Assembly: GCA_045658565.1 (NCBI GenBank)
Contig: JAZOVF010000031.1
Coordinates: 128,222 to 192,221 of the forward strand
DNA length: 64,000 nucleotides
Direction of reading: 5' to 3'
Origin: Eubacteriales bacterium
GTDB taxonomy: Bacteria; Bacillota; Clostridia; Oscillospirales; CAG-272
Shown here one piece after another: positions 28,968 through 40,129 of the stretch. The notes beneath the pieces are model-generated. The model was given only the letters and a program-made list of their open reading frames with translations. It made no database searches and was not told the origin of the DNA. Position numbers and translations under genes: made by a program. Each line of letters begins with the position of its first letter. Positions within the stretch are counted from its first letter, which is position 1.

Positions 28968-30419
28968 TTAGTATGCCTTGCCCCAGTAAACAAGTTTTTT
29001 AGCTGCTCTGCCGCAGCATACGCACTTATCACCGATAGGCTTTTCGTTAAAGGGAATGCAACGTGAGCTTACGTCTGCAACCTCCTTAAGTTTAAGCTCG
29101 CATTCAAGGTCGCCGCACCACATAGCTTTAATGTAGCCATTTTTCTCGTTTGCAATAGCGATTAGCTCATCAAGGTCTGCCGCGGAATATGTTCTGTTTT
29201 CGCGATTTGCGAGAGCCTTAGTATAAAGCGCGTTAAGAAGATTATCAAGGCCTTCTCTTACTGCTTCAACAAGATTTTCTGTATTAACAAAGCTCTTTTC
29301 TCTGTTATCACGGCGAACAATTACGCACTTGTTTTCAGCAATATCGCGAGGACCAATCTCGATACGGAGCGGCACACCCTTCATCTCATACTCGGAGAAC
29401 TTCCATCCGGGAGACTGGTCGGAGTCGTCAAGTTTTACTCTGAAGCCTGCCTCGGTAAGTGTGTCTTTCAGCTTTGTAGCAGCCTCAAGCACGCCCTCCT
29501 TGTGCTGCTGAACAGGGATAATAACAACCTGTATAGGAGCAACAGATGGGGGAAGAACAAGACCTGAGTCATCACCGTGGGTCATGATTATACCACCGAT
29601 AATGCGGGTAGAAACACCCCAGGATGTCTCGTATGCATATTTAAGCTGATTGTCGCTATCAAGGAACTGAATATCAAAGGCCTTTGCAAATCCGTTACCG
29701 AAGTTGTGAGATGTACCGCCTTGAAGCGCCTTGCCATCGTGCATAAGCGCCTCAACAGTATATGTTGCCTCAGCTCCTGCAAACTTCTCCTTATCGGTCT
29801 TTTGTCCTCTGAGAACAGGCATACCAAGGTCCTTCTCAAAGAAGTCGGCATATACGTTCAGCATCTGTACAGTTCTTGCTTCAGCCTCCTCGGCTGTTCT
29901 GTGCATTGTGTGGCCCTCCTGCCAAAGGAATTCACGTGAGCGGAGGAAGGGACGGGTAGTCTTTTCCCAACGAACGACAGAGCACCACTGGTTATAAACC
30001 TTAGGCAGGTCTCTGTAAGATTTAATTATGTTAGCATAATGCTCGCAGAAGAGGGTCTCGGAGGTAGGTCTTACGCAAAGGCGTTCGGTAAGTCTCTCGT
30101 TTCCGCCATGTGTTACCCAGGCAACCTCGGGAGCAAAGCCCTCAACATGGTCCTTCTCCTTTTTAAGAAGAGACTCGGGAATAAACATGGGCATATAAAC
30201 ATTCTCAACTCCTGTTGCCTTAAACTTAGCGTCAAGAATTTTTTGAATATTTTCCCATATAGCATAACCGTAAGGGCGTATTATCATACATCCCTTAACG
30301 CTGGAATAGTCGATAAGGTCTGCTTTTTTTACAATGTCGGTGTACCACTTGGCAAAGTCCTCGTCCATAGCGGTAATCTCGGTTACTAGCTTTTTGTCTT
30401 TCTGGTTGTTTGCTGACAT
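28968..30419 (-). CDS. proS: proline--tRNA ligase (archaeal/eukaryote-like type, no insertion domain)
   Basis: Class II aaRS motifs, a C-terminal Cys cluster (CIPF...CVCCG) and a ...YWGKAY end. ATG at 30419 (MSANNQKD). Confidence 0.92.
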   Translation of the reverse strand: MSANNQKDKKLVTEITAMDEDFAKWYTDIVKKADLIDYSSVKGCMIIRPYGYAIWENIQKILDAKFKATGVENVYMPMFIPESLLKKEKDHVEGFAPEVAWVTHGGNERLTERLCVRPTSETLFCEHYANIIKSYRDLPKVYNQWCSVVRWEKTTRPFLRSREFLWQEGHTMHRTAEEAEARTVQMLNVYADFFEKDLGMPVLRGQKTDKEKFAGAEATYTVEALMHDGKALQGGTSHNFGNGFAKAFDIQFLDSDNQLKYAYETSWGVSTRIIGGIIMTHGDDSGLVLPPSVAPIQVVIIPVQQHKEGVLEAATKLKDTLTEAGFRVKLDDSDQSPGWKFSEYEMKGVPLRIEIGPRDIAENKCVIVRRDNREKSFVNTENLVEAVREGLDNLLNALYTKALANRENRTYSAADLDELIAIANEKNGYIKAMWCGDLECELKLKEVADVSSRCIPFNEKPIGDKCVCCGRAAKKLVYWGKAY

Positions 30420-30460
30420 AAACAAAGAATGTCCTTTCAATACATAATATATCAGAGTAA

Positions 30461-30489
30461 ATTATATAACAAATTAAGAGTTTTGTCAA
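30461..30489 (-). promoter_or_regulatory. consensus sigma-A promoter of proS
   Basis: Minus strand reads TTGACA, a 17-nt spacer, then TATAAT. Confidence 0.6.
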
Positions 30490-30601
30490 GTGATTTTACT
30501 TTCCGCATACAAAAAACTTTTTTTGATTTCTAATGAAAGGATTGACAAACTTGCATTTTTTATATGTTTTTGAAATTTTTCAATAAATTTTGCAAAATCA
30601 C

Positions 30602-30630
30602 TTGAAAAATCTTTCATAATATACTATAAT
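30602..30630 (+). promoter_or_regulatory. sigma-A promoter of the aminotransferase gene
   Basis: TTGAAA, a 17-nt spacer, then TATAAT. Confidence 0.6.
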
Positions 30631-30705
30631 AGAATAGATTTTTGACTGAAAACGAATTTTTTCGTTCTCTTTCTTTCAAAAAATGAAAAATCAAAGGAAC
30701 TCTTT

Positions 30706-31980
30706 ATGAAAAAGTATTGTGAATTTTCAAAATCGGAGCTTCTCGCTGAAAAAGAAGCTCTTGAAAAGCAGTATAAAGAATATAAGGACAGAGGGTTAAA
30801 GCTTGACCTTTCCCGCGGAAAACCCAATTCCGACCAGCTTGATGTAAGCCAGCCGATACTTTCGCTTCCCACCTCTCGCGAAAAATGCTTTAGCGAGAGC
30901 GGTCTTGACTGCCGTAACTACGGTGTTCTTGACGGGCTTCCCGAGATGAAGCGTCTCTTTGCAGATATGCTTGGTATTAAAGAGGAGTATGTTACTGTTG
31001 GCGGTAACTCATCTCTTCAGCTGATGTATGACACTATTGCAAGAGCTATGATTTTCGGTGTTGATGGCTCTGTGCGTCCTTGGTGTATGGAAGAAAAGAA
31101 AAAGTGGATATGCGTAACTCCCGGATATGACAGACATTTTAAAATGACCGAGGTGTTCGGCTTTGAGCTTCTTTCTGTTAAGATGACCGAGACAGGTCCC
31201 GATATGGATGAGGTAGAGCGTCTTGTGCTTGACCCTGCAGTTAAGGGTATCTGGTGTGTACCGAAGTATTCTAACCCCACAGGCAACACCTATTCTGACG
31301 AAACGGTACGCCGTCTTGCTTCTATGAAGTGCGCAGCGCCCGACTTCCGTATTATGTGGGACAACGCTTATGCCGTACACGACCTTGCTGAAGAGGGCGA
31401 CAAGCTTCTTGATATATTCACCGAGGCAGAGAAGTGCGGAAACCTTGACAGAATATTCTACTTTACCTCTACTTCAAAAATTACTTTCCCCGGCGGCGGT
31501 GTTTCAATGCTTGCATGCTCTCCCGCAAACCAAAAGCAGATATCAAAGTATCTCGGTGTTCAGACCATAGGCTATGATAAAATCAATCAGCTTCGCCATA
31601 CCGAGTATTTTAGAGACGGTGAAGCAGTTCACTCTCATATGATGAAGCTTGGCGAGCTTATCGGCAAGAAGTTTGAAATTACTCTTGCATCGCTTAATAC
31701 ACTCCGCGGGTACGGTATTGCAGAGTGGACCGAGCCTCGAGGAGGTTACTTTGTTTCGCTTAATGTTCTGCCCGGAACTGCAAAAAGAGTTTATCATCTT
31801 ATGAGTGAAGCGGGTGTTGTGCTTACTCCTGTCGGAGCGACCTATCCTTATGGAATTGACCCGAGAGACGAAAATCTCAGAATTGCTCCCACGTATCCTA
31901 CAGATGCCGAGCTTAAAACAGCTACCGAGATTCTTGCGTTAACTGTCCGCCTTGCGGCAGTTGAAAGCTACCTTAAATAA
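30706..31980 (+). CDS. class I/II PLP-dependent aminotransferase
   Basis: Fold-type I aminotransferase layout with a TSTSKITFPGGG PLP-lysine region. Product is 424 aa. Confidence 0.8.
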   Translation: MKKYCEFSKSELLAEKEALEKQYKEYKDRGLKLDLSRGKPNSDQLDVSQPILSLPTSREKCFSESGLDCRNYGVLDGLPEMKRLFADMLGIKEEYVTVGGNSSLQLMYDTIARAMIFGVDGSVRPWCMEEKKKWICVTPGYDRHFKMTEVFGFELLSVKMTETGPDMDEVERLVLDPAVKGIWCVPKYSNPTGNTYSDETVRRLASMKCAAPDFRIMWDNAYAVHDLAEEGDKLLDIFTEAEKCGNLDRIFYFTSTSKITFPGGGVSMLACSPANQKQISKYLGVQTIGYDKINQLRHTEYFRDGEAVHSHMMKLGELIGKKFEITLASLNTLRGYGIAEWTEPRGGYFVSLNVLPGTAKRVYHLMSEAGVVLTPVGATYPYGIDPRDENLRIAPTYPTDAELKTATEILALTVRLAAVESYLK

Positions 31981-32043
31981 TTGAAAAAAGAAAAGCCTTC
32001 TTCCTTTGGGATTTGATACAGTCCCTTTGGAGAAGGCATTTTT

Positions 32044-32940
32044 TTATGCAATATTATCTCTGAAGCCCTTGCCCATAATCTCGCTCGTTTTTGTGATAAT
32101 TATAAAGGCATGGGGGTCAACGCTCTCGGCAAAATGCCTGAGCTTTATTGCCTCGGAGCGGCGGCAAACGGTTATAATAACCGTCCTTTCTTCCCCTGTG
32201 TAAATACCCTCTGCGGGGTAGGATGTTGCGCTGTGCTTTATTGTTTTGATTATATACTCGTTTATTGGCTCGGGCTTTGTTGTAATTATTGTAAATGATT
32301 TGCAAAGGTTTATGGAGTCAATAATATCGTCAACAACAAACACCTTGGCAAAAAGACCGAGAAGCGAGAAGAGTGCAGTTTCTGGGGCAAGTAATATGGT
32401 TCCGCTTTCAAACTTAAATAAGGTTGCTGCCGCAATCAAAAAGTCGGTGCACAGAAGTGCTGTGCCGACATTCATGCTGGTATATTTTTTAAGTATCAGG
32501 GCAGCTATATCCGTGCCTCCTGATGAAGCCTTGCATTTAAAGATTATTGCAGAGCCAACACCTGTAAGAAGCACCGCATAAACAAGCTCCATTATAGGCT
32601 CGGAGGTAAGTGGCGCATCAAGGGGAACAAGCATCTCAAACAGCGTGTTTTCAAGCGAAAGCATAAGCGAGCAAAAGATTGTAAGCCCGCCGCATTCCTT
32701 GCCTAAAACAAACATACCGACAATAAGTAGCAAAACATTTATTATCATCATATATGTAGCCTGGGTGGTAACAGGAAAAATGTTAGCAAGGATTATAGAT
32801 ATACCGCTGACACCGCCTGTAGCAAAGTTGTTTGGCACCTTGAAAAAATAGATACCAACTGCCATAAGAAGTATTCCTATATTAAGAAAAATATAGTACA
32901 GCGCTTTTTGTTTAAATGTTTTTCTCTCAAGAAATTTCAT
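32044..32940 (-). CDS. YitT-family membrane protein (DUF2179 C-terminal domain)
   Basis: Five or six TM helices with GGVSGIS and GGTD motifs, then a soluble C-terminal domain. ATG at 32940 follows GGGGAGG. Confidence 0.8.
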   Translation of the reverse strand: MKFLERKTFKQKALYYIFLNIGILLMAVGIYFFKVPNNFATGGVSGISIILANIFPVTTQATYMMIINVLLLIVGMFVLGKECGGLTIFCSLMLSLENTLFEMLVPLDAPLTSEPIMELVYAVLLTGVGSAIIFKCKASSGGTDIAALILKKYTSMNVGTALLCTDFLIAAATLFKFESGTILLAPETALFSLLGLFAKVFVVDDIIDSINLCKSFTIITTKPEPINEYIIKTIKHSATSYPAEGIYTGEERTVIITVCRRSEAIKLRHFAESVDPHAFIIITKTSEIMGKGFRDNIA

Positions 32941-33088
32941 ACAAAGCCTCCCCAAAATTACACTTTAAATTATACTCAAAATGGCATGAATGTCAATATG
33001 GATGTTAAAATCATATTTTGGTACTTTTTAGGACTTTTTGAAAAGTTTTTGAATTTTTGATATAACGGTCATTTCATATTTTGACTTC

Positions 33089-33117
33089 TTGACAAAAGAA
33101 CGGCTTCATGGTAAAAT
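33089..33117 (+). promoter_or_regulatory. sigma-A promoter of ligA
   Basis: TTGACA, a 17-nt spacer, then TAAAAT. Confidence 0.5.
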
Positions 33118-33128
33118 AATAATGTTAA

Positions 33129-35162
<2,034 letters not shown>

Positions 35163-35167
35163 TACAG

Positions 35168-35194
35168 GCCGTGCGACATTTTTGTACGCACGGC
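35168..35194. terminator. hairpin between convergent ligA and rlu genes
   Basis: Stem GCCGTGCG/CGCACGGC. Confidence 0.6.
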
Positions 35195-35195
35195 T

Positions 35196-36017
35196 TTAAA
35201 TTTTTATGGTTATCGGTTGCCTTGTGTGTGGGTGAGTAAATCTTAGTTCGTAGCAACGGAGGTAATAACCGCCGTCAAGCCTTTCCCCATAGAGAAAATC
35301 TCCGAGCAAGGGGTGGCCTATATGAGCAAAGTGTACTCTTATTTGGTGGGTTCTGCCTGTGTGGAGAATTACGTCGCAGAGAGCATTTTGTCCTTTTATT
35401 TCTTTGAGAAAATACTCCGTAACGGCATTTTTACCGTCGGGTGCAACAATTCTTTTCATAGCCCCCTCTGCTTCACGACGTATTGGTGCATCTATGATAT
35501 CGTGCGCCTTTTGGGGTACTCCTGTTACTAATGCTTCATACCTTTTGTAAATTCTGCCTTGTTTTATTTCTTTAGAAAGGAAATTTGCGGTGTTTGCATC
35601 CTTGGCAATAAGGACAAGTCCCGATGTGTCTCTATCCAGTCTTGTTATTGAACGAAAGACAAAATCCCCCTTGTATTTTGCCATAACCGCATTTGCAAGA
35701 GTTGGCAGACTGTTACCCTTTGAGGGATGGGTTGGCATATTTGTAGGCTTGTCGACCACAAGCAGCCATTCATCCTCATAAACAACATTTAAGGGAATAT
35801 CAATAGGCTCAATTCCGTTGCTTTTTTCTTCCGGGAGAACGAGACTTATTTTTGAGCCTTGTTTTACCTTTGCTCTCACCGTGCAAGGTACACCGTCAAT
35901 ATATATTCCGCAACGCTTAATTTTTCTTATCAGCGTAACCGAAAGCCCAAGGGTAGGGAGATATTCTTTCAACGTCTTTTCGCCATCAAGTTCTGCTGTG
36001 TATTCAAGAGTTTTCAA
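35196..36017 (-). CDS. RluA/RluD-family pseudouridine synthase with N-terminal S4 domain
   Basis: TRLDRDTSGLVLIA and GRTHQIRVH motifs. Confidence 0.85.
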   Translation of the reverse strand: MKTLEYTAELDGEKTLKEYLPTLGLSVTLIRKIKRCGIYIDGVPCTVRAKVKQGSKISLVLPEEKSNGIEPIDIPLNVVYEDEWLLVVDKPTNMPTHPSKGNSLPTLANAVMAKYKGDFVFRSITRLDRDTSGLVLIAKDANTANFLSKEIKQGRIYKRYEALVTGVPQKAHDIIDAPIRREAEGAMKRIVAPDGKNAVTEYFLKEIKGQNALCDVILHTGRTHQIRVHFAHIGHPLLGDFLYGERLDGGYYLRCYELRFTHPHTRQPITIKI

Positions 36018-36122
36018 ACGCCTTTCTCCTTTCGCTGCGGGATGGGGTAATTATACCACGCAAAATGTAGTTTGTCAAGAAAATTCAGACACAATATATA
36101 TGTTTTAGGCAAAAGTGATATA

Positions 36123-36151
36123 TTGACTTTTTTTATTGGCTATGTTATAAT
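36123..36151 (+). promoter_or_regulatory. sigma-A promoter
   Basis: TTGACT, a 17-nt spacer, then TATAAT. Confidence 0.55.
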
Positions 36152-36181
36152 ATAATTTAGAAAATTATGGAGGATTGGCAA

Positions 36182-38176
36182 GTGGCGACAAAACTCGGAA
36201 AAAAAGAATACGATGATCAAAGTATAAAAAGCCTGAAGGGCGCCGACAGAGTCCGTAAAAGACCTGCGGATATTTTCGGTTCTGACGACCTTATAGGCTG
36301 CCAGCACTCCTTTATTGAGATTTTGGCTAACTCTGTTGACGAGGCTCGTGAGGGCTACGGTGACAAAATTATAGTAAAAAAATATAATGACCTTTCAATT
36401 GAGGTTGAGGACTTTGGCCGTGGTGTTCCTCTCGGTTATAACGAAAAAGAGAAGAGATGGAACTGGGAGCTTGTATTCTGCGAGCTTTATGCCGGTGGTA
36501 AGTATGACAATAATGACGGTGACTCGGCGTACGAGTTCTCTCTCGGTCTTAACGGGCTCGGTGCTACCGCAACTCAGTATTCCTCGGAGTTTATGACAGT
36601 TGAGTCATATAACGGAAAAACACTTTCTTCGATGAAGTTTAAATCGGGAAATCCCGTGGGCGATCTTTCGGTTGTTGATATTTCTCAGGGGATGAAGAAG
36701 CGGGGAACCATAATCAGGTGGCGCCCTGACCTTAAGGTGTTTAAGGAAATTGATATACCGGTTGAGTTCCTTTCTTCGACTCTTAGACGTCAGGCTTTTG
36801 TTAATGCGGGAATAAGGTTTATTCTCGAGGTTGAGGACGAGAAGGGCAAGTTTGAAAAGTCGGAATACTATTATGAAAACGGTGTTGCCGACTATATTGC
36901 CGAAATTACAGAGGGAATTTCTACAACCTCGCCTGTTATTTGGAGACTTGAAACCAAGGGACGCGACAGAGAGGACATGCCCGATTATAAATTGAAGGCT
37001 GAGGTTACATTCTGCTTTGCTAAATCGGGAACAGCAGAGTATTACCACAACTCCTCATTCCTCGAGTATGGCGGCGCGCCCGACAAGGCTGTTAAAAATG
37101 CCTTTACCTATGCTATCGACAAGTATATAAAGGGTGCGAATAAATATACAAAAAACGAGTCTAAAATATCCTTTGCCGATATTGCGGACAACCTTGCGGT
37201 TATAGTTAATTCTGCATCAACCCAGACATCATACGAAAACCAGACAAAAAAGGCGATAACCAACGCCTTTATCCAAAAGGCTCTTACCGAGTTTATAAAA
37301 ACAAATCTTGAAATCTATCTTACCGAGAATGCATCGGCGGCAAATACTATCGCAAACCAGGTGCTTGTAAACAAGCGCGCGAGAGAATCTGCCGAGAAAA
37401 CAAAGATAGATATTAAGAAGAAGCTTACCGGTACAATGGACGTCTCCAACAGGGTAGAGAAATTTGTACCCTGCCGCTCAAAGGACCCTGAAATCCGCGA
37501 GGTCTATATAGTAGAGGGTGACTCGGCTATGTCAAGCTGTAAGCTCGGCAGAAACGCAGACTTCCAGGCGATAATCCCTGTCAGAGGTAAAACTCTTAAC
37601 TGTATGAAAAGCTCGTACGAGAAGATTTTTGCCAGTGATATTATAGTTGACCTGCTTAAGGTTATCGGCTGCGGTGTTGAGGTAAAGACGGGTAAAAAGG
37701 GCGACCTTGCAACCTTTGATTACAACCTCTTGAAGTGGAACAAAATAATCATCTGTACCGATGCGGATGAGGACGGCTTCCAGATTAGAACCCTGCTTCT
37801 TACAATGTTTTATAGACTCCTGCCGACCCTTATCGAAAAGGGAAAGATATACATTGCGGAGTCGCCTCTTTTTGAGATTACATCGGGCGGTGAGACCTAT
37901 TTTGCTTATAATGAGCAGGAAAAGACCGAGATTTTATCAAAGCTCGGCAGTAAAAAATATACTCTGCAGCGCTCTAAGGGTCTCGGTGAAAACGAGCCTG
38001 ATATGATGTGGCGTACAACAATGTGCCCCCAGACAAGAAGACTTGTTGCGGTAACTCCCGCAGATGCCGAGGCAACGGCAAGAATGTTTGACGTTCTTCT
38101 TGGAGATGCTCTTCAGGAAAGAAAAAAGTTTATCACAGATTACGGTCATCTTTATATCAAAGATGCGGATATTTAA
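36182..38176 (+). CDS. type IIA DNA topoisomerase subunit B (GyrB/ParE family, divergent)
   Basis: GHKL region (EILANSVDEA, GLNGLGATA) and Toprim region (VEGDSA, PVRGKTLN, DADEDG). A GTG at 36182 lies 7 nt after GGAGGA. The track ORF starts at the 36167 ATG. Confidence 0.85.
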   Translation: MATKLGKKEYDDQSIKSLKGADRVRKRPADIFGSDDLIGCQHSFIEILANSVDEAREGYGDKIIVKKYNDLSIEVEDFGRGVPLGYNEKEKRWNWELVFCELYAGGKYDNNDGDSAYEFSLGLNGLGATATQYSSEFMTVESYNGKTLSSMKFKSGNPVGDLSVVDISQGMKKRGTIIRWRPDLKVFKEIDIPVEFLSSTLRRQAFVNAGIRFILEVEDEKGKFEKSEYYYENGVADYIAEITEGISTTSPVIWRLETKGRDREDMPDYKLKAEVTFCFAKSGTAEYYHNSSFLEYGGAPDKAVKNAFTYAIDKYIKGANKYTKNESKISFADIADNLAVIVNSASTQTSYENQTKKAITNAFIQKALTEFIKTNLEIYLTENASAANTIANQVLVNKRARESAEKTKIDIKKKLTGTMDVSNRVEKFVPCRSKDPEIREVYIVEGDSAMSSCKLGRNADFQAIIPVRGKTLNCMKSSYEKIFASDIIVDLLKVIGCGVEVKTGKKGDLATFDYNLLKWNKIIICTDADEDGFQIRTLLLTMFYRLLPTLIEKGKIYIAESPLFEITSGGETYFAYNEQEKTEILSKLGSKKYTLQRSKGLGENEPDMMWRTTMCPQTRRLVAVTPADAEATARMFDVLLGDALQERKKFITDYGHLYIKDADI

Positions 38177-38206
38177 GTAATATTTTTAGGCAGAAAGGCA
38201 AAATAT

Positions 38207-39859
38207 ATGAAAGTTTTAAAGAAATCAACAAAGTTCGAGGGTGTTAAAGGCCCACTTCTCACTATTGTTATGGACGGTGTAGGTATTGCTCCCGATAATG
38301 GCGCAAACGCTGTTGCGGCGGCGCACACACCCACACTTGATATGTTAATGAAGAATTATCCCACCCTGGCAATAAAGGCTCACGGTACAGCCGTTGGTCT
38401 GCCCGGTGATGACGATATGGGTAACTCCGAGGTTGGTCACAATGCTCTCGGCTCAGGACAGGTATTCGCCCAGGGCGCAAAGCTTGTTTCTCAGTCTATC
38501 GAGACAGGTAAGATCTTTGCATCCGAAACCTGGCAGACTCTTGTAGGCGGTGTTAAGGCTAATAAGTCTACTCTCCACTTCCTCGGTCTTTTCTCTGACG
38601 GAAACGTTCACTCTCACATCGACCACCTTAAGGCGCTTATCTCTAAGGCTATGGAAGAGGGTGTAGGTAAGGTTAGAGTACACATTCTCCTTGACGGACG
38701 TGACGTTGGCGAGACCAGCGCACTTGATTACGTGCTTCCTTTTGAAGAGTATCTTGATTCTCTTCGTTCTGCTGACTTTGACATTGCTATTGCATCGGGC
38801 GGCGGACGTATGCAGGTTACTATGGACAGATATGAAGCAAACTGGAGCATGGTTGACCTTGGCTGGAAGACTCACGTTCTCGGTGAGGGCAGATACTTTG
38901 CATCTGCTGAAGAGGCTATCACAACATACAGAAACGAAACCAAGGTTATCGACCAGGATCTTCCTCCCTTTGTTATTGCTAAGGACGGCAAGCCTGTTGG
39001 TACTATTGAGGATGGCGACAGCGTTATCTTCTTCAACTTCCGCGGAGACCGTTCTATCGAGATTTCTAAGGCTTTTGAGTCGGGTGATGACTTTGATAAG
39101 TTCGACCGCAAGAGAGTTCCCGCAGTTCTCTATGCAGGTATGCTCGAGTACGACGGCGACCTTCATATTCCCAGCCGTTATCTTGTTTCTCCTCCCGAAA
39201 TTACAAACACTATGACAGAGTATCTTGTAGGCACGGGTGTTATGTCTCTCGCTATTTCCGAGACTCAGAAGTACGGCCACGTTACCTATTTCTGGAACGG
39301 TAACAAGTCGGGCAAGTTCTCAGAGGAGCTTGAGGATTATATTGAAATCCCCTCAGATGTAGTACCCTTTGAGCAGAGACCTTGGATGAAGTGCGCGGAG
39401 ATTACCGACAAACTTATTGAGTGCCTCAGAAGCGGAAAATATAAGTACCTCAGAGTTAATTTCCCCAACGGTGATATGGTAGGCCACACCGGCTCCTTCC
39501 TCGCTACCGAGTGCTCTATGGAAGCCCTTGACCTCCAGCTTGGCAGACTCCTTAAGGTTGTTGACGAGCTTCAGGGTGTAGCTCTTATTACCGCAGACCA
39601 CGGTAACGCTGACGAGATGTACGAGATCGACAAGAAAACAGGTGCGCCCAAGGCTGGTAAAGACGGCTCCTTTAAGGCTAAGACCTCTCACACTCTTAAT
39701 CCCGTACCCTTCATTATCTATGACAACTTCTATAAGGATAATTACGATGTGAAGCAGGGAAGAGACGACTTCGGTCTCTCTAACGTTGCGGCAACAACTG
39801 TAAATATGCTCGGCTTTGAAGCTCCCGAAATTTGGGACGAGTCAATGATTTCCTTTTAA
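38207..39859 (+). CDS. gpmI: 2,3-bisphosphoglycerate-independent phosphoglycerate mutase (long form)
   Basis: MGNSEVGHN and TADHGNADEM motifs. Product is 550 aa. Confidence 0.93.
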   Translation: MKVLKKSTKFEGVKGPLLTIVMDGVGIAPDNGANAVAAAHTPTLDMLMKNYPTLAIKAHGTAVGLPGDDDMGNSEVGHNALGSGQVFAQGAKLVSQSIETGKIFASETWQTLVGGVKANKSTLHFLGLFSDGNVHSHIDHLKALISKAMEEGVGKVRVHILLDGRDVGETSALDYVLPFEEYLDSLRSADFDIAIASGGGRMQVTMDRYEANWSMVDLGWKTHVLGEGRYFASAEEAITTYRNETKVIDQDLPPFVIAKDGKPVGTIEDGDSVIFFNFRGDRSIEISKAFESGDDFDKFDRKRVPAVLYAGMLEYDGDLHIPSRYLVSPPEITNTMTEYLVGTGVMSLAISETQKYGHVTYFWNGNKSGKFSEELEDYIEIPSDVVPFEQRPWMKCAEITDKLIECLRSGKYKYLRVNFPNGDMVGHTGSFLATECSMEALDLQLGRLLKVVDELQGVALITADHGNADEMYEIDKKTGAPKAGKDGSFKAKTSHTLNPVPFIIYDNFYKDNYDVKQGRDDFGLSNVAATTVNMLGFEAPEIWDESMISF

Positions 39860-39879
39860 TCGAAATCATTGAAAATGCT

Positions 39880-39948
39880 ATTGCTCCCGCAATCGCATCA
39901 TAACGCTTGGCAACGCCAAGCTCATAACGTGGCATAGCCACTCATAAC
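39880..39948 (+). repeat. three tandem mini-hairpins each followed by TCATAAC (gpmI 3' UTR)
   Basis: ATTGC-tccc-GCAAT..TCATAAC, then CTTGGC-aac-GCCAAG.TCATAAC, then GTGGC-ata-GCCAC TCATAAC. Confidence 0.55.
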
Positions 39949-39955
39949 TCTAAAC

Positions 39956-39990
39956 TAAAAAGCCTTCCGACTTTCGCCGGAAGGCTTTTG
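39956..39990. terminator. bidirectional intrinsic terminator
   Basis: Stem AGCCTTCCG/CGGAAGGCT flanked by an A-run and a T-run. Confidence 0.78.
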
Positions 39991-40129
39991 CTTGTGCCTT
40001 TCCCTTGGGGAAGTGGGGACCGCAGCGGGGTTCCCCGAAACGAGCATAGCTGAGCTTTTGGGGGACGATAGCGGTGGATGGGGTATTAATCCCCGGGGAA
40101 GCTGTCACAAAGTGACTGATGAGGTGTTA
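39991..40129 (-). repeat. string of GC-rich mini-hairpins (REP-like) ending in a 33-nt element that also occurs at 62979-63011
   Basis: On the minus strand: GUCAC-UUU-GUGAC, GGGG-AUUAAUA-CCCC, GGGGA..CCG-CUG-CGG..UCCCC and CUUCCC-CAA-GGGAAAG. The 33-mer matches the second copy at 29/33 positions. Confidence 0.5.

Noticed and set aside
30420-30705. T-box leader upstream of proS.
   Set aside because: There is no T-box consensus (..GGTGGTACCGCG..), specifier-loop architecture or terminator/antiterminator pair. The region is just two back-to-back consensus promoters.
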